64,000 nt of DNA from an uncultured delta proteobacterium (GTDB taxonomy: Bacteria; Desulfobacterota; Binatia; Binatales; Binataceae), in NCBI GenBank assembly GCA_963724765.1, contig CAVRVY010000003.1:1408001-1472000 (forward strand), in the 5' to 3' direction. The notes beneath the pieces are model-generated. The model made no database searches and was not told the origin of the DNA. It saw nothing but the letters and a program-made list of their open reading frames with translations. The translations under genes were made by a program, and so were the position numbers. Positions 34,581 to 43,466 of this stretch are shown here, piece after piece; within the stretch, counting starts at the first letter, position 1, and each line of letters begins with the position of its first letter.

Positions 34581-36749
34581 ATGATAACGTGCCCAGAGTG
34601 TGGCCAGGCGGCTCCCGACGACGCCAAGTTCTGTGACCGTTGCGGCCAGGGACTCGCGAAGTCTATCGCGCCCAAGGTCGAATATGCGATCGCGGCGCTG
34701 GAGCCTGGCGCTTTAGTGCGCGGCGAATTCCGCATCGTCGAGCTGATCGGCCGCTCGGCGCTGGAGAATCGCTATCGTGCCGAGCGGACGCGCAATGGCG
34801 CCGGTCCCGAGCGCCTGCAATTGCGTGAGCGGCTGGGGCCGACGCCCGCGGAGAGCGCGCACGAGGAAGCGCCGGCAGTCGCCTGCGACAACGAAACTTC
34901 GCCGCACGAAGATCCAACCGGACCACATGCCAAGACCGCGGAGTTGAAGCATCCCGCATCGCCACCGCCCGCTGACTCAACCGCCGCGGCGGGTGCTGGG
35001 GTCGGCGGCGCAAAGAGCGCAGCCGATACGGCCGCGCTGGCAGGCTCCAACGGTGCCAGCGCCGCCCCTCAGCCGGCCGCGGTCGCGCCCGGCGCAGAGG
35101 AGAGCGCCGCCGTCAACGACAACGAGGGCGCGAACAACGAGGGCGCGCAGGCGCCCGCCGCTGCGCGGGCTTCAGGTGCGACCGAACCGCTGACCCTCGA
35201 TGAAACGTCGGCCGAACGCGAACCCGAGCCGGCGCCGCAGCCTGAGCCGCAGGCTGCGTTGTCGTCCGCTACGGAAGCCGCCGCGAGCGGAAGCGGGGCA
35301 CGCCAGAGCGTGGAGCATGACGACTTGCGCGAAAATGTGCGCGACAATCAGGAAGATCTGGGCGATCTATTCGGACGCGTGCTTGCGCTTTCGCTCACCG
35401 TCAACCATCCGGCCTTCCAGCGCGCGGCCGACGGCTTCGCCGACGGCGGTCGGGTTTACCTGGTCTACCCCGACGAGCAGTTCGTCGCGCTGGCGCAGCG
35501 CCGCGGCGGGCTCAAGATGAGCGAGGGCGAGGCGGTCGGAATCGCGATCCAGGTCTGCCAGGGAGTTTCGTTCCTGAACCGTCGCGGCCTCAGGCTCAAC
35601 GACATCTGCCCGCAGTCCGTCGCCTATGGCCCCGGCGGCCGGGTGAAGCTCCTCGGTCTGGACTACGTCAGCAACGACAACGAGCTTCAGAGCGAACCGA
35701 TCTTCAACGACGGCTACACCGCGCCCGAAGTCTATCGCGGCAAGCGCGTCGACAAGCGGGCCGACGTGTTCTCGATCGGCGCGCTGCTTTACAGTTGCCT
35801 GACCGGTGAACGGCTGGAGTCCGAGAGCTGGCGGGAGGAGGCGGGCCTCGTGCGTTTCTATCCGCCGCACGTGGTCTCGCCCGAGCTGGAGCAAGTGGTA
35901 CGCCGCGCGCTACTGTTCGATCCGCAGGGGCGATGGCCGACGGTGGATGCGCTCAAGGCTGAGCTGGTCAGACTGAATGCGGCGGTGCGGATTCGCGCCG
36001 CCGTGATGACCGACGTCGGGATGGTGCGCGAACATAACGAGGACGCGACGATGGCGGTCGAGTTCGTGCGCCAGAGCCTGGTCGGTCCGGCAGAGAGCTA
36101 TCTTTACGTGGTGGCCGACGGGATGGGCGGGGCGGAGGCGGGCGAGGTCGCCAGCGCAATTGCCGTCGAAGCGATTCGCAACTATGTTGAAGACGGGCTG
36201 GGTCGCGCGGAGGCCCAAAATCCGAGTCAACTGTTGACGGCGGCGCTCGAGGAGGCCAACCGCAAGATCATCGAGTACCAGGCGGCGCATCCAGAGTCCC
36301 GTGGGATGGGGTCGACCGCGGTGAGCCTGCTTATCGTACCGCCGGAAGGAGCTGTGGCGTGGGTTGGCGACAGCAGAGTTTACCTGTCCGACGCTTCCGG
36401 GCTGCGCCAATTGACGCGTGATCATTCTCTGGTGCAGCGGCTTATTGAAATCGGCCAGATCACGCCCGAGGAGGCGCGCCATCACGAACACAAAAACGTG
36501 ATCACGCGCTCGCTCGGCGCGCGCCAGAGCGGACCGGCCGGAGCCGAGGGGCTTGCGCTCAAGCTCAAACGCGGTGACCGCGTAATGCTGTGCAGCGACG
36601 GACTGACCGCTCACGTTGAAGACAAGACAATTAGCGAAGTGCTGCGCCGCCACGACGATCCGTACGCGGCGACGCGCGAGTTGGTAGTGGCTGCTAACGC
36701 GGGGGGTGGAACGGACAACGTCTCGGTGATTGTTGTGTTTGCTGATTGA
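34581..36749 (+). CDS. Zinc ribbon + pseudokinase + PP2C phosphatase fusion
   Basis: CPEC/CDRC; kinase C-lobe YTAPEV and DVFSIG with degenerate LNDICPQS and no DFG; PP2C NEDA, ADGMGG, WVGDSR, CSDGL and GGTDNVS. Confidence 0.88.
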   Translation: MITCPECGQAAPDDAKFCDRCGQGLAKSIAPKVEYAIAALEPGALVRGEFRIVELIGRSALENRYRAERTRNGAGPERLQLRERLGPTPAESAHEEAPAVACDNETSPHEDPTGPHAKTAELKHPASPPPADSTAAAGAGVGGAKSAADTAALAGSNGASAAPQPAAVAPGAEESAAVNDNEGANNEGAQAPAAARASGATEPLTLDETSAEREPEPAPQPEPQAALSSATEAAASGSGARQSVEHDDLRENVRDNQEDLGDLFGRVLALSLTVNHPAFQRAADGFADGGRVYLVYPDEQFVALAQRRGGLKMSEGEAVGIAIQVCQGVSFLNRRGLRLNDICPQSVAYGPGGRVKLLGLDYVSNDNELQSEPIFNDGYTAPEVYRGKRVDKRADVFSIGALLYSCLTGERLESESWREEAGLVRFYPPHVVSPELEQVVRRALLFDPQGRWPTVDALKAELVRLNAAVRIRAAVMTDVGMVREHNEDATMAVEFVRQSLVGPAESYLYVVADGMGGAEAGEVASAIAVEAIRNYVEDGLGRAEAQNPSQLLTAALEEANRKIIEYQAAHPESRGMGSTAVSLLIVPPEGAVAWVGDSRVYLSDASGLRQLTRDHSLVQRLIEIGQITPEEARHHEHKNVITRSLGARQSGPAGAEGLALKLKRGDRVMLCSDGLTAHVEDKTISEVLRRHDDPYAATRELVVAANAGGGTDNVSVIVVFAD

Positions 36750-39115
36750 TGGCGAATACTGGCACATCCGGCGCTCTGCCTAACGAGCCGCTCACGTCCG
36801 GCACGGTTCTGCAAAACCGCTACGATATCGAACGCCTGCTGGGCGGCGGCGGGATGGGGATGGTCTACCTGGCGCATGACCAGCGCCTGGCCAACCGCCC
36901 GTGCGCGGTCAAGGAGATGGTCGACCACTTCATCGATCAGCAGCAGCGGATCGAGGCCAACGAGTACTTCGCCCGCGAGGCCGACACCCTGGCCCAGCTC
37001 AAGCACGCGGCCATCCCCGCGATCACCGACCGCTTCGACGATCAAAATCGCCACTACCTGGTGATGGAGTACGTCGAGGGCCGCAACCTCGAGGAGGAGA
37101 TTGCGGCGCGCGGCGGCCCGCTGCCCGAAGGGCTCATAATCGACATCGCACGCCAGCTCTGCGACGTGCTCGCCTACCTGCACGGTTGCACGCCGCCCGT
37201 GATCTACCGCGACATGAAGCCGTCCAACGTGATGCTGACGCCGAAGGGGCGGGTGGTGCTGATCGACTTCGGCATCGCGCGCCTGTTCAAGAGCGCGCGC
37301 AAGGGCACCATGATCGGCACGCTCGGCTTCGCGCCACCCGAGCAATACCAGGGTGCGGTCGACCCGCGCAGCGACATCTATTCGCTCGGCGCGACGCTGC
37401 ACTACGTCCTTACCGGGCGTGACCCCGAAAAATTTCCGCCCTTCAGCTTTCCCCCGGTGCGCGACCTGCGTCCGGAGGTCTCGACCAACCTGGCAGGCGC
37501 GATCGACCGCGCGCTCGCCTACCAGGCCGACGCGCGCCCCGCGAACATCCAGGACTTCCGCGACATGCTGCTCTACGGCAAGGGCCTCGGCGAGCTCGTT
37601 GGATCGCCGGCGGTCACCTCGCAAGGCGGTACCGCCGACCTCGTCCTGTCGCCCGACGTCGCCGAGGCGATCGCGCCGTCGCATCGCCGGCGCCGCCGCC
37701 GCAGGCATCGCGCCGTGGCCCTGGCAGCCTTCTTCGCAATCGTGGCCGGTGGCGCTTTCGGCGCGACCTACGTCTATAACAATCCGCAATTGCAGCAGCG
37801 GCTGGGGGTCAAATCCTTCGTCGACAGCTTGCCCTGGAAGGTCCAGGAGCGCCTGGACGCCGCCGAGACCCATCCGCTCGATTTCCAGCGCATGACGCTC
37901 CAGCTCTCGACCCGCTCGGGCACGCCGCTCAGTTCGCCGCGGGCGAGCTTCACCAATATCGAGTTGGCCAACAACCAGTACCTGCAGTGGAACACCTCGT
38001 TCGCCAATCGCCTCGCGGGGCTCAAGGGACAAGACGAGAAGGTCCAGGCGCGCTTCTTCAGTCCCTCGGGCCTGCAAATCGCTTCCAGCGACGCGAGCCG
38101 GTTTGTCGGACCAGGCGAGAACACGGCCGAGTTCAGCGGCGTCGCGCTGATGCCGGACCTGGGCGCGCTCCCGGCCGGCAATTATAAGGTCGGAATCTAC
38201 GTAAATGACCAAGCGGTCGCCGAGCAGGCGTTTGCGGTTACCCAGGACCTCAACGCGCTGAAAGCCGCCGAGGCCGCCAACGAAGCCGAGAAGGCGCGCG
38301 AGGCGGCCGACAAGGCCAAGGCACATGACGAAGCAGAACGTCTCGCGATGCTCGAGGTGCGCCGGCGCAAGCCCCTCCAGCTGGCCGGCATCGAATTCGT
38401 CAACAGCACCAAATCGGGCACACCGCTGGCCGGGCCGGCGACGAGCTTCAGTGCGGCCAAGGTGCTGTTCGTCAACTGGCGCATAACCTTCGATAATCGA
38501 CTGTTCAACCTCGACACCGGTCAATACCGGGTCGACGCCGCGTATATCGCGCCCGACGGCCATACCCTGGGCAGCGTCGACGACATCCGCATCGTGCCGC
38601 CCTCCGCGCGCAGTGCGACCTTCAGCGGCAGGGTCGGCAACTCGGCCGGCGGCGCATTTCTGCCCGGGCAGTACACGGTCAATTTCTATCTCAACGGGCA
38701 GTATGTCGCGCAGAAGAAGTTTCGCGTGCTGGCCGACAGTTCGCAGTCCTACCCGGCATCGCTCGGCGGTTCATCGGGCCTGCCCAGTGCTGGCACCGGC
38801 ACGGGCACAATCGATGTTCCGACGCTCGCCACCGGACGTATCGACGGGCTGTCCGGCGTCACCAATATCCCGTTGGAGTTGCGGCTGCGCCCGCAGCCCA
38901 ACGGCTTCCTGCACGGTGAGATGGTGATTCATCAGGCGGGCTACGGCGCCACGCCGATCCAGGGCTTTATCCGCGGCAACCATGTCGAATTCCAGGTGCC
39001 GTACGGCGCCAAAACGCTGTACTTCGACGGCCGGCGCAATGCCGACCAGCTCAATGGTACGTTTTCCGCCACGCCCACTGGTGAGCGTGGCACCTGGACG
39101 ACCGTCACCAATTGA
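36749..39115 (+). CDS. Membrane-spanning receptor-type Ser/Thr kinase
   Basis: GGGGMG, AVKE, YRDMKPSN, DFG and FAPPEQ; poly-Arg stop-transfer then a TM helix; duplicated extracytoplasmic beta domains. TGATG coupling to the upstream gene. Confidence 0.93.
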   Translation: MANTGTSGALPNEPLTSGTVLQNRYDIERLLGGGGMGMVYLAHDQRLANRPCAVKEMVDHFIDQQQRIEANEYFAREADTLAQLKHAAIPAITDRFDDQNRHYLVMEYVEGRNLEEEIAARGGPLPEGLIIDIARQLCDVLAYLHGCTPPVIYRDMKPSNVMLTPKGRVVLIDFGIARLFKSARKGTMIGTLGFAPPEQYQGAVDPRSDIYSLGATLHYVLTGRDPEKFPPFSFPPVRDLRPEVSTNLAGAIDRALAYQADARPANIQDFRDMLLYGKGLGELVGSPAVTSQGGTADLVLSPDVAEAIAPSHRRRRRRRHRAVALAAFFAIVAGGAFGATYVYNNPQLQQRLGVKSFVDSLPWKVQERLDAAETHPLDFQRMTLQLSTRSGTPLSSPRASFTNIELANNQYLQWNTSFANRLAGLKGQDEKVQARFFSPSGLQIASSDASRFVGPGENTAEFSGVALMPDLGALPAGNYKVGIYVNDQAVAEQAFAVTQDLNALKAAEAANEAEKAREAADKAKAHDEAERLAMLEVRRRKPLQLAGIEFVNSTKSGTPLAGPATSFSAAKVLFVNWRITFDNRLFNLDTGQYRVDAAYIAPDGHTLGSVDDIRIVPPSARSATFSGRVGNSAGGAFLPGQYTVNFYLNGQYVAQKKFRVLADSSQSYPASLGGSSGLPSAGTGTGTIDVPTLATGRIDGLSGVTNIPLELRLRPQPNGFLHGEMVIHQAGYGATPIQGFIRGNHVEFQVPYGAKTLYFDGRRNADQLNGTFSATPTGERGTWTTVTN

Positions 39116-39297
39116 GCGTCGCGGGCAGGGTGGAACCGCGCTCGCGGGCCAATCGTTATCCGATCGCGATTATCCGATATACTTTCGCGGTCGTCGAATA
39201 ACTCGGAATAACTCGGCAGCAACTACACCGGGCATCAATCAGCGCGGCGCGCTTGAACGTTCGAGCGCCACGCGCAATGCTCTGTGACGGACGCGCT

Positions 39298-40170
39298 ATG
39301 GCGAGGAATGTCTCTCAGGAAAAGCTCCTCTTTTACGCAGCCGCGGGCGGCCTGGGTGGATTCGCGGCCTGGGGCGTGCAGGAGTCGATGGCCGGCATCC
39401 GGTACTATCTGCTGCGCGACGCGGTGCTGGGCGCAATCATCGGGCTGTTCATTTGCGCTTTTCTCGCCTCGATCGAGGCGCTCAGCGTAGGCCAATGGCG
39501 CCAGGCGATACGCGGGGTCAAGAGCGGCGCGATCTTCGGCGCGCTCGGCGGCGCCGCGGGCTTGATCGGTGGTGAGATCCTGTTCGACATCCTGCACGGG
39601 TTTGTCGGCCGCGTAGTCGGGTGGGCGATCCTCGGTGTGGCGGTGGGACTGGGTGTTGGATGGGCCTCCGGGTCAGCCGCGCGCAAGCGCAACGGCGCGC
39701 TCGGCGGACTTATCGGTGGTGCACTTGGCGGAGTCTGCTACCAGACCCTGACCACCACGTTTCCGCAGTTCTTCGGCCGCGCGATAGCGATAATCGTGCT
39801 CGGCATGCTGATCGGCTTTTTCATCGGGCTGGTGGGCGAGTTGCTCAAGCGCGGCTGGCTGATGGTAATCCGCAGCCAGAGCCGCAACGCGCGCGAGGGC
39901 CGCGAATATCCGCTGACCAAGCCGGTCACGATCATCGGGCGCGCCGAAGAGAGCGATATCGGACTGTTTGGCGACCAGGCCGTGATGGCCCATCACGCGA
40001 TTATCCGGCGCGAGGGGCGCGACTTCGTAGTCAGTCCGGCCGGCGGTGGCCAGGTGCTGATCAATCGCCGCCCGGTGGCGGGCCGCCAGGCGCTGCGCAG
40101 CGGTGACCGCGTCGAGGTCGGCGGAACACTGTTCATTTTTCGCGAACGCGCCCAAGCCGCGCAGAGTTGA
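39298..40170 (+). CDS. Multi-TM Gly-rich membrane protein with C-terminal FHA domain
   Basis: About six Gly-rich hydrophobic helices, then EYPLTKPVTIIGR...HHAIIRR...LRSGDRVEVG. Confidence 0.85.
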   Translation: MARNVSQEKLLFYAAAGGLGGFAAWGVQESMAGIRYYLLRDAVLGAIIGLFICAFLASIEALSVGQWRQAIRGVKSGAIFGALGGAAGLIGGEILFDILHGFVGRVVGWAILGVAVGLGVGWASGSAARKRNGALGGLIGGALGGVCYQTLTTTFPQFFGRAIAIIVLGMLIGFFIGLVGELLKRGWLMVIRSQSRNAREGREYPLTKPVTIIGRAEESDIGLFGDQAVMAHHAIIRREGRDFVVSPAGGGQVLINRRPVAGRQALRSGDRVEVGGTLFIFRERAQAAQS

Positions 40171-40179
40171 GGCGCAAAG

Positions 40180-40968
40180 TTGAGGAGCGTCGTGGGCTTA
40201 CGCACTGCCGGTTGGCAACTGCTCGCCGCGGCGATGGCGGCGGCGCTCATGGCCGCGTGCGCGACCACCGTTCAGCAGGAAATCGCCGAGGAGCCGCCGA
40301 CTGCGGTCGAGACGCTCTCCTACTTTCCCTTCCAGGTGAAGGGCTATCAGAACAGCTATCCGCGGAGCCGAATCCTGGTGCTGATGCCGGTCGATGCGCG
40401 CGATTTCAAAGATGTTGCGGGCCAGAGCCATGAGCCGCAAGACGGCAATCCCGCAACCGGCGTGATGCTCGGGCCGGACGGCGCCGTCGTTCAGCGGGTC
40501 TATAGCTCGCCGCTCGGCCCGATTCTGCAAGGCGCGATCGTACGCGCGGCCGATGAGGCCGGGATGCTCGCGACGGCCTCCAACGATACGTTGGAGGCCG
40601 CTCTCAAGGAGACCAACGAGGATTACGTCCTGGCGAGCAGGATTACCCGATGCTGGGTGAACAAGCATACCGGGACGGATGCCAACGCGCCGGCCAGCGC
40701 GGGGCCGGGCTGGTTCACCACTGCCGACGTCGCGCTGGACGTAATCATCTACAAGCCTCCGTTCAACGTGGCCTTCTGGCAAGGCGAAAGCGCCGCAACC
40801 TACAACGATCCGCCGGCCGATAATGGCAGCGGGATGGGCGACGACGTTCCGATTTACGACCGGCCGAGCCAGGTTCTGTCCGTGGCGCTGACGCGGGCGG
40901 TGGCGGGAATTTTCAAGCGCGAGGCGCTGCACGCGCTGGTGGTGCAGGACACGGTCCGCGCGCCCTGA
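40180..40968 (+). CDS. Hypothetical lipoprotein
   Basis: Lipobox LMAAC after a hydrophobic stretch; 9 nt after the FHA gene stop. Start uncertain. Confidence 0.7.
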   Translation: MRSVVGLRTAGWQLLAAAMAAALMAACATTVQQEIAEEPPTAVETLSYFPFQVKGYQNSYPRSRILVLMPVDARDFKDVAGQSHEPQDGNPATGVMLGPDGAVVQRVYSSPLGPILQGAIVRAADEAGMLATASNDTLEAALKETNEDYVLASRITRCWVNKHTGTDANAPASAGPGWFTTADVALDVIIYKPPFNVAFWQGESAATYNDPPADNGSGMGDDVPIYDRPSQVLSVALTRAVAGIFKREALHALVVQDTVRAP

Positions 40969-40986
40969 TTTTTTCGCGGTCGCGCG

Positions 40987-41928
40987 CTACTTCTTGCCGC
41001 CGGCGCGCCGGCGCGCGCCGCCGCCCGCGCGCGCTGCGCGGGCAGGCGCCTTGGCGCCGCCGGTGCCGGTCGCCTTGGCCGCCTCGGCCTCCGCACCGGC
41101 TGCGGCGGCGGACTCGGAGCCTGCCCCTTGGGCACTCGCCGCGCCGGCCGCGCCGCGCTTTTCGAGCGAGGCCTTCAGCGCCGCCATAAGGTCGATCACC
41201 TGGCCGCGGCGCGGCTCCTCGTGCGCCTCGGTCACCTGTTGGCCGGCGATCTTCTGCTGCGCCGCCTCCTCGACCTTCTCGCGGAAGGTGTCGTGATACT
41301 TCGAGAGGTCGATTTTCTTGCTGGTCAATTCGCCAATCAGCCGCTCGGCCAGGGCAAGTTCGCTCTCCCTGGCGGCCTCATTGGTCGCGCGATCGATGTC
41401 TTCGACCGGACGCACCTCGTCGGCGTAGTAGACCGTATGCATCATGAGCCCTTTTTCGTAGGGCCGCAGCACCACCACGTGCTCCTTGCCGCGGAGCGTG
41501 TAACGCCCCAGCGCGACGCGCCCCGTCTTGGTCATCGCGTCGGTGAGCAGGCGATAGGCTTTCGCGGACGCCTGTTCGCATCCGAGGTAGTACGAGGTCT
41601 CGAAATAAATCGGATCGATCTGCTCCAGCGGAACAAACTCGGTGATCTCGATCGAATGCTCGCCGCCATGCGCTTCCAGGGCCTTCAGTTCTTCGTCGGT
41701 GAAAGTGACGTAGCGATCCTTGGCGACTTCGTAGCCACGCACCAGCTCGCTGCGGTCGATGATCGTGCCCTCGACCGGGCAGAAGATTTTCTGCTGGATA
41801 CGGCTTAGGTCCTTGGCGTGCAGCAGGTTAAAGCTCACCGACTTTGACCGCGTCGCCGGGAACAGGCGGACAGGGATCGAAACCAGGCCGAACGAGATGT
41901 TGCCGTTGCCGACGGGACGTGATGCCAT
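40987..41928 (-). CDS. ku: Non-homologous end-joining protein Ku
   Basis: GNISFGLVSIPVRL, RGYEV, IDPIYFETSYYL, IDLMAALKASL and a basic Ala-rich tail. Confidence 0.95.
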   Translation of the reverse strand: MASRPVGNGNISFGLVSIPVRLFPATRSKSVSFNLLHAKDLSRIQQKIFCPVEGTIIDRSELVRGYEVAKDRYVTFTDEELKALEAHGGEHSIEITEFVPLEQIDPIYFETSYYLGCEQASAKAYRLLTDAMTKTGRVALGRYTLRGKEHVVVLRPYEKGLMMHTVYYADEVRPVEDIDRATNEAARESELALAERLIGELTSKKIDLSKYHDTFREKVEEAAQQKIAGQQVTEAHEEPRRGQVIDLMAALKASLEKRGAAGAASAQGAGSESAAAAGAEAEAAKATGTGGAKAPARAARAGGGARRRAGGKK

Positions 41929-41949
41929 TTGACGACCTCCCCGATACTT

Positions 41950-42177
41950 CTAGCTTAGCGACAGGATCGCGGCGGAGGCCATAGCGATCCGGAGCAAAAG
42001 CTCTCCGGCGAAGATTGGACGAAAACGATGCCGCTCGAAGAGTATCGGCGCAAACTCAGCGCCGACAGCACGTCCGAGCCATTCGGCGAGTCGCCGCGCC
42101 TGGGCAGTCGCGGCGGGGGCATGTTCGTCATACGGATCATCGAGTCCGCGCTGCCGAAAGTCGAATCGATGCTGCAT
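41950..42177 (-). CDS. Small hypothetical protein
   Basis: 75-aa ORF immediately upstream of ku on the same strand; no recognisable motif. Confidence 0.3.
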   Translation of the reverse strand: MQHRFDFRQRGLDDPYDEHAPAATAQARRLAEWLGRAVGAEFAPILFERHRFRPIFAGELLLRIAMASAAILSLS

Positions 42178-42406
42178 GAAAAATAGCGCAGCACAAAATG
42201 ACTAGTCAGTTATCGTTAATTGCACCTACCAAAACGGCAGATGCGCGCTACGTCACTAGAAGATTAAGACAAGGAAGCGAAGAACAGACATTCGGCGCTT
42301 CCTCGCTCGACCCCCACCTGCATCTTCCTCCAGGACACGGGGGAGGAGGCCAGAGTCAGAAGAGCTCGACCATTATTCGAGGAGAAACGCAGAAGCGCTC
42401 GACTAG

Positions 42407-43459
42407 TCAGTCGCCGTCGAAGCCATGAAGCTCGCGCACCACGTACAGCGGGCGGCCTTTGACCTCGTTATAGACCCGGCCCATGTACTCGCCCAGGATG
42501 CCGAGCGTGATGAGCTGGATTCCGCCGAGGAACAGCAGCACCACCATCAGCGAGGTGTAGCCCGGCACGTCGACGTCGTGGAGCACCTTCCTTACCGCGA
42601 GCACCACCGCGTAGAGAAACGCCAAAGCCGAAATCGTGAAGCCGAAGTAGCTCCAGACCTTGAGCGGGAATGAGCTGAACGAGGTAATCCCGTCCATCGC
42701 GAAGTTCCACAGCCGCCAGTAGTTCCACTTGGTGCCGCCGGCCTGGCGCTCCTCGCGTTCGTAGTAGATCGCGGTCTGCCTGAAGCCGACCCATGCGAAC
42801 AGTCCTTTCATGAAGCGCGTGCGTTCCGGCAGCCGGACCATCACGTCCACCACGCGGCGGTCGAGCAGGCGGAAGTCGCCGGTGTCGCGCGGAATCGGCA
42901 CGTCGGCGATGGCCTCGAAGACGCGGTAGAAAAAATGCGCCGTGGTGCGCTTGAGCCAGCTGTCGCCCGGCCTCAGTTTGCGGGTCGCGTAGACCACGTC
43001 GTAGCCCTCGCGCCACAGCGTCACCATCTGCTCGATAAGCTCGGGCGGGTCCTGCAGGTCGGCGTCGAGCGGCACCACCGCGCGTCCGCGCGCGTAATCC
43101 AGGCCGGCGCTGAGCGCGATATCCTTGCCGAAGCTGCGCGAGAGGCTGATGATTCTGATCGCGGGGTTGCGCGTGCGATGCTCTAATAGACCGGCCAGCG
43201 TGTCGTCGGTGCTGCCGTCGTTGACCACCACAATTTCGTAGCTGAGCCCCAGCCGTTCCATCACCTTGGCGAGGCGCTCGAAGAGGCGGTCGAGTACCGG
43301 CGCCTCGTTGAACATCGGCACGACTATGGAGAGTTCAGGCGCGACCTCCATTGCCGCCATCGGTACGGTGACGCGGCCCGCGCCCGAGGCGGGCTCCAGA
43401 TGCGTCGGCTCGAGCGCCCCCTTCATCGCCATCCCGCGCGCATGCGGCGCTGCGTGCAC
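42407..43459 (-). CDS. GT2 polyprenol-phosphate glycosyltransferase (GtrB/ArnC-like)
   Basis: SIVVPMFNE, VNDGSTD, DADLQDPPE, GDFRLLDR, two C-terminal TM helices and GEYMGR. Start uncertain. Confidence 0.92.
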   Translation of the reverse strand: MHAAPHARGMAMKGALEPTHLEPASGAGRVTVPMAAMEVAPELSIVVPMFNEAPVLDRLFERLAKVMERLGLSYEIVVVNDGSTDDTLAGLLEHRTRNPAIRIISLSRSFGKDIALSAGLDYARGRAVVPLDADLQDPPELIEQMVTLWREGYDVVYATRKLRPGDSWLKRTTAHFFYRVFEAIADVPIPRDTGDFRLLDRRVVDVMVRLPERTRFMKGLFAWVGFRQTAIYYEREERQAGGTKWNYWRLWNFAMDGITSFSSFPLKVWSYFGFTISALAFLYAVVLAVRKVLHDVDVPGYTSLMVVLLFLGGIQLITLGILGEYMGRVYNEVKGRPLYVVRELHGFDGD

Positions 43460-43466
43460 TGGACGC

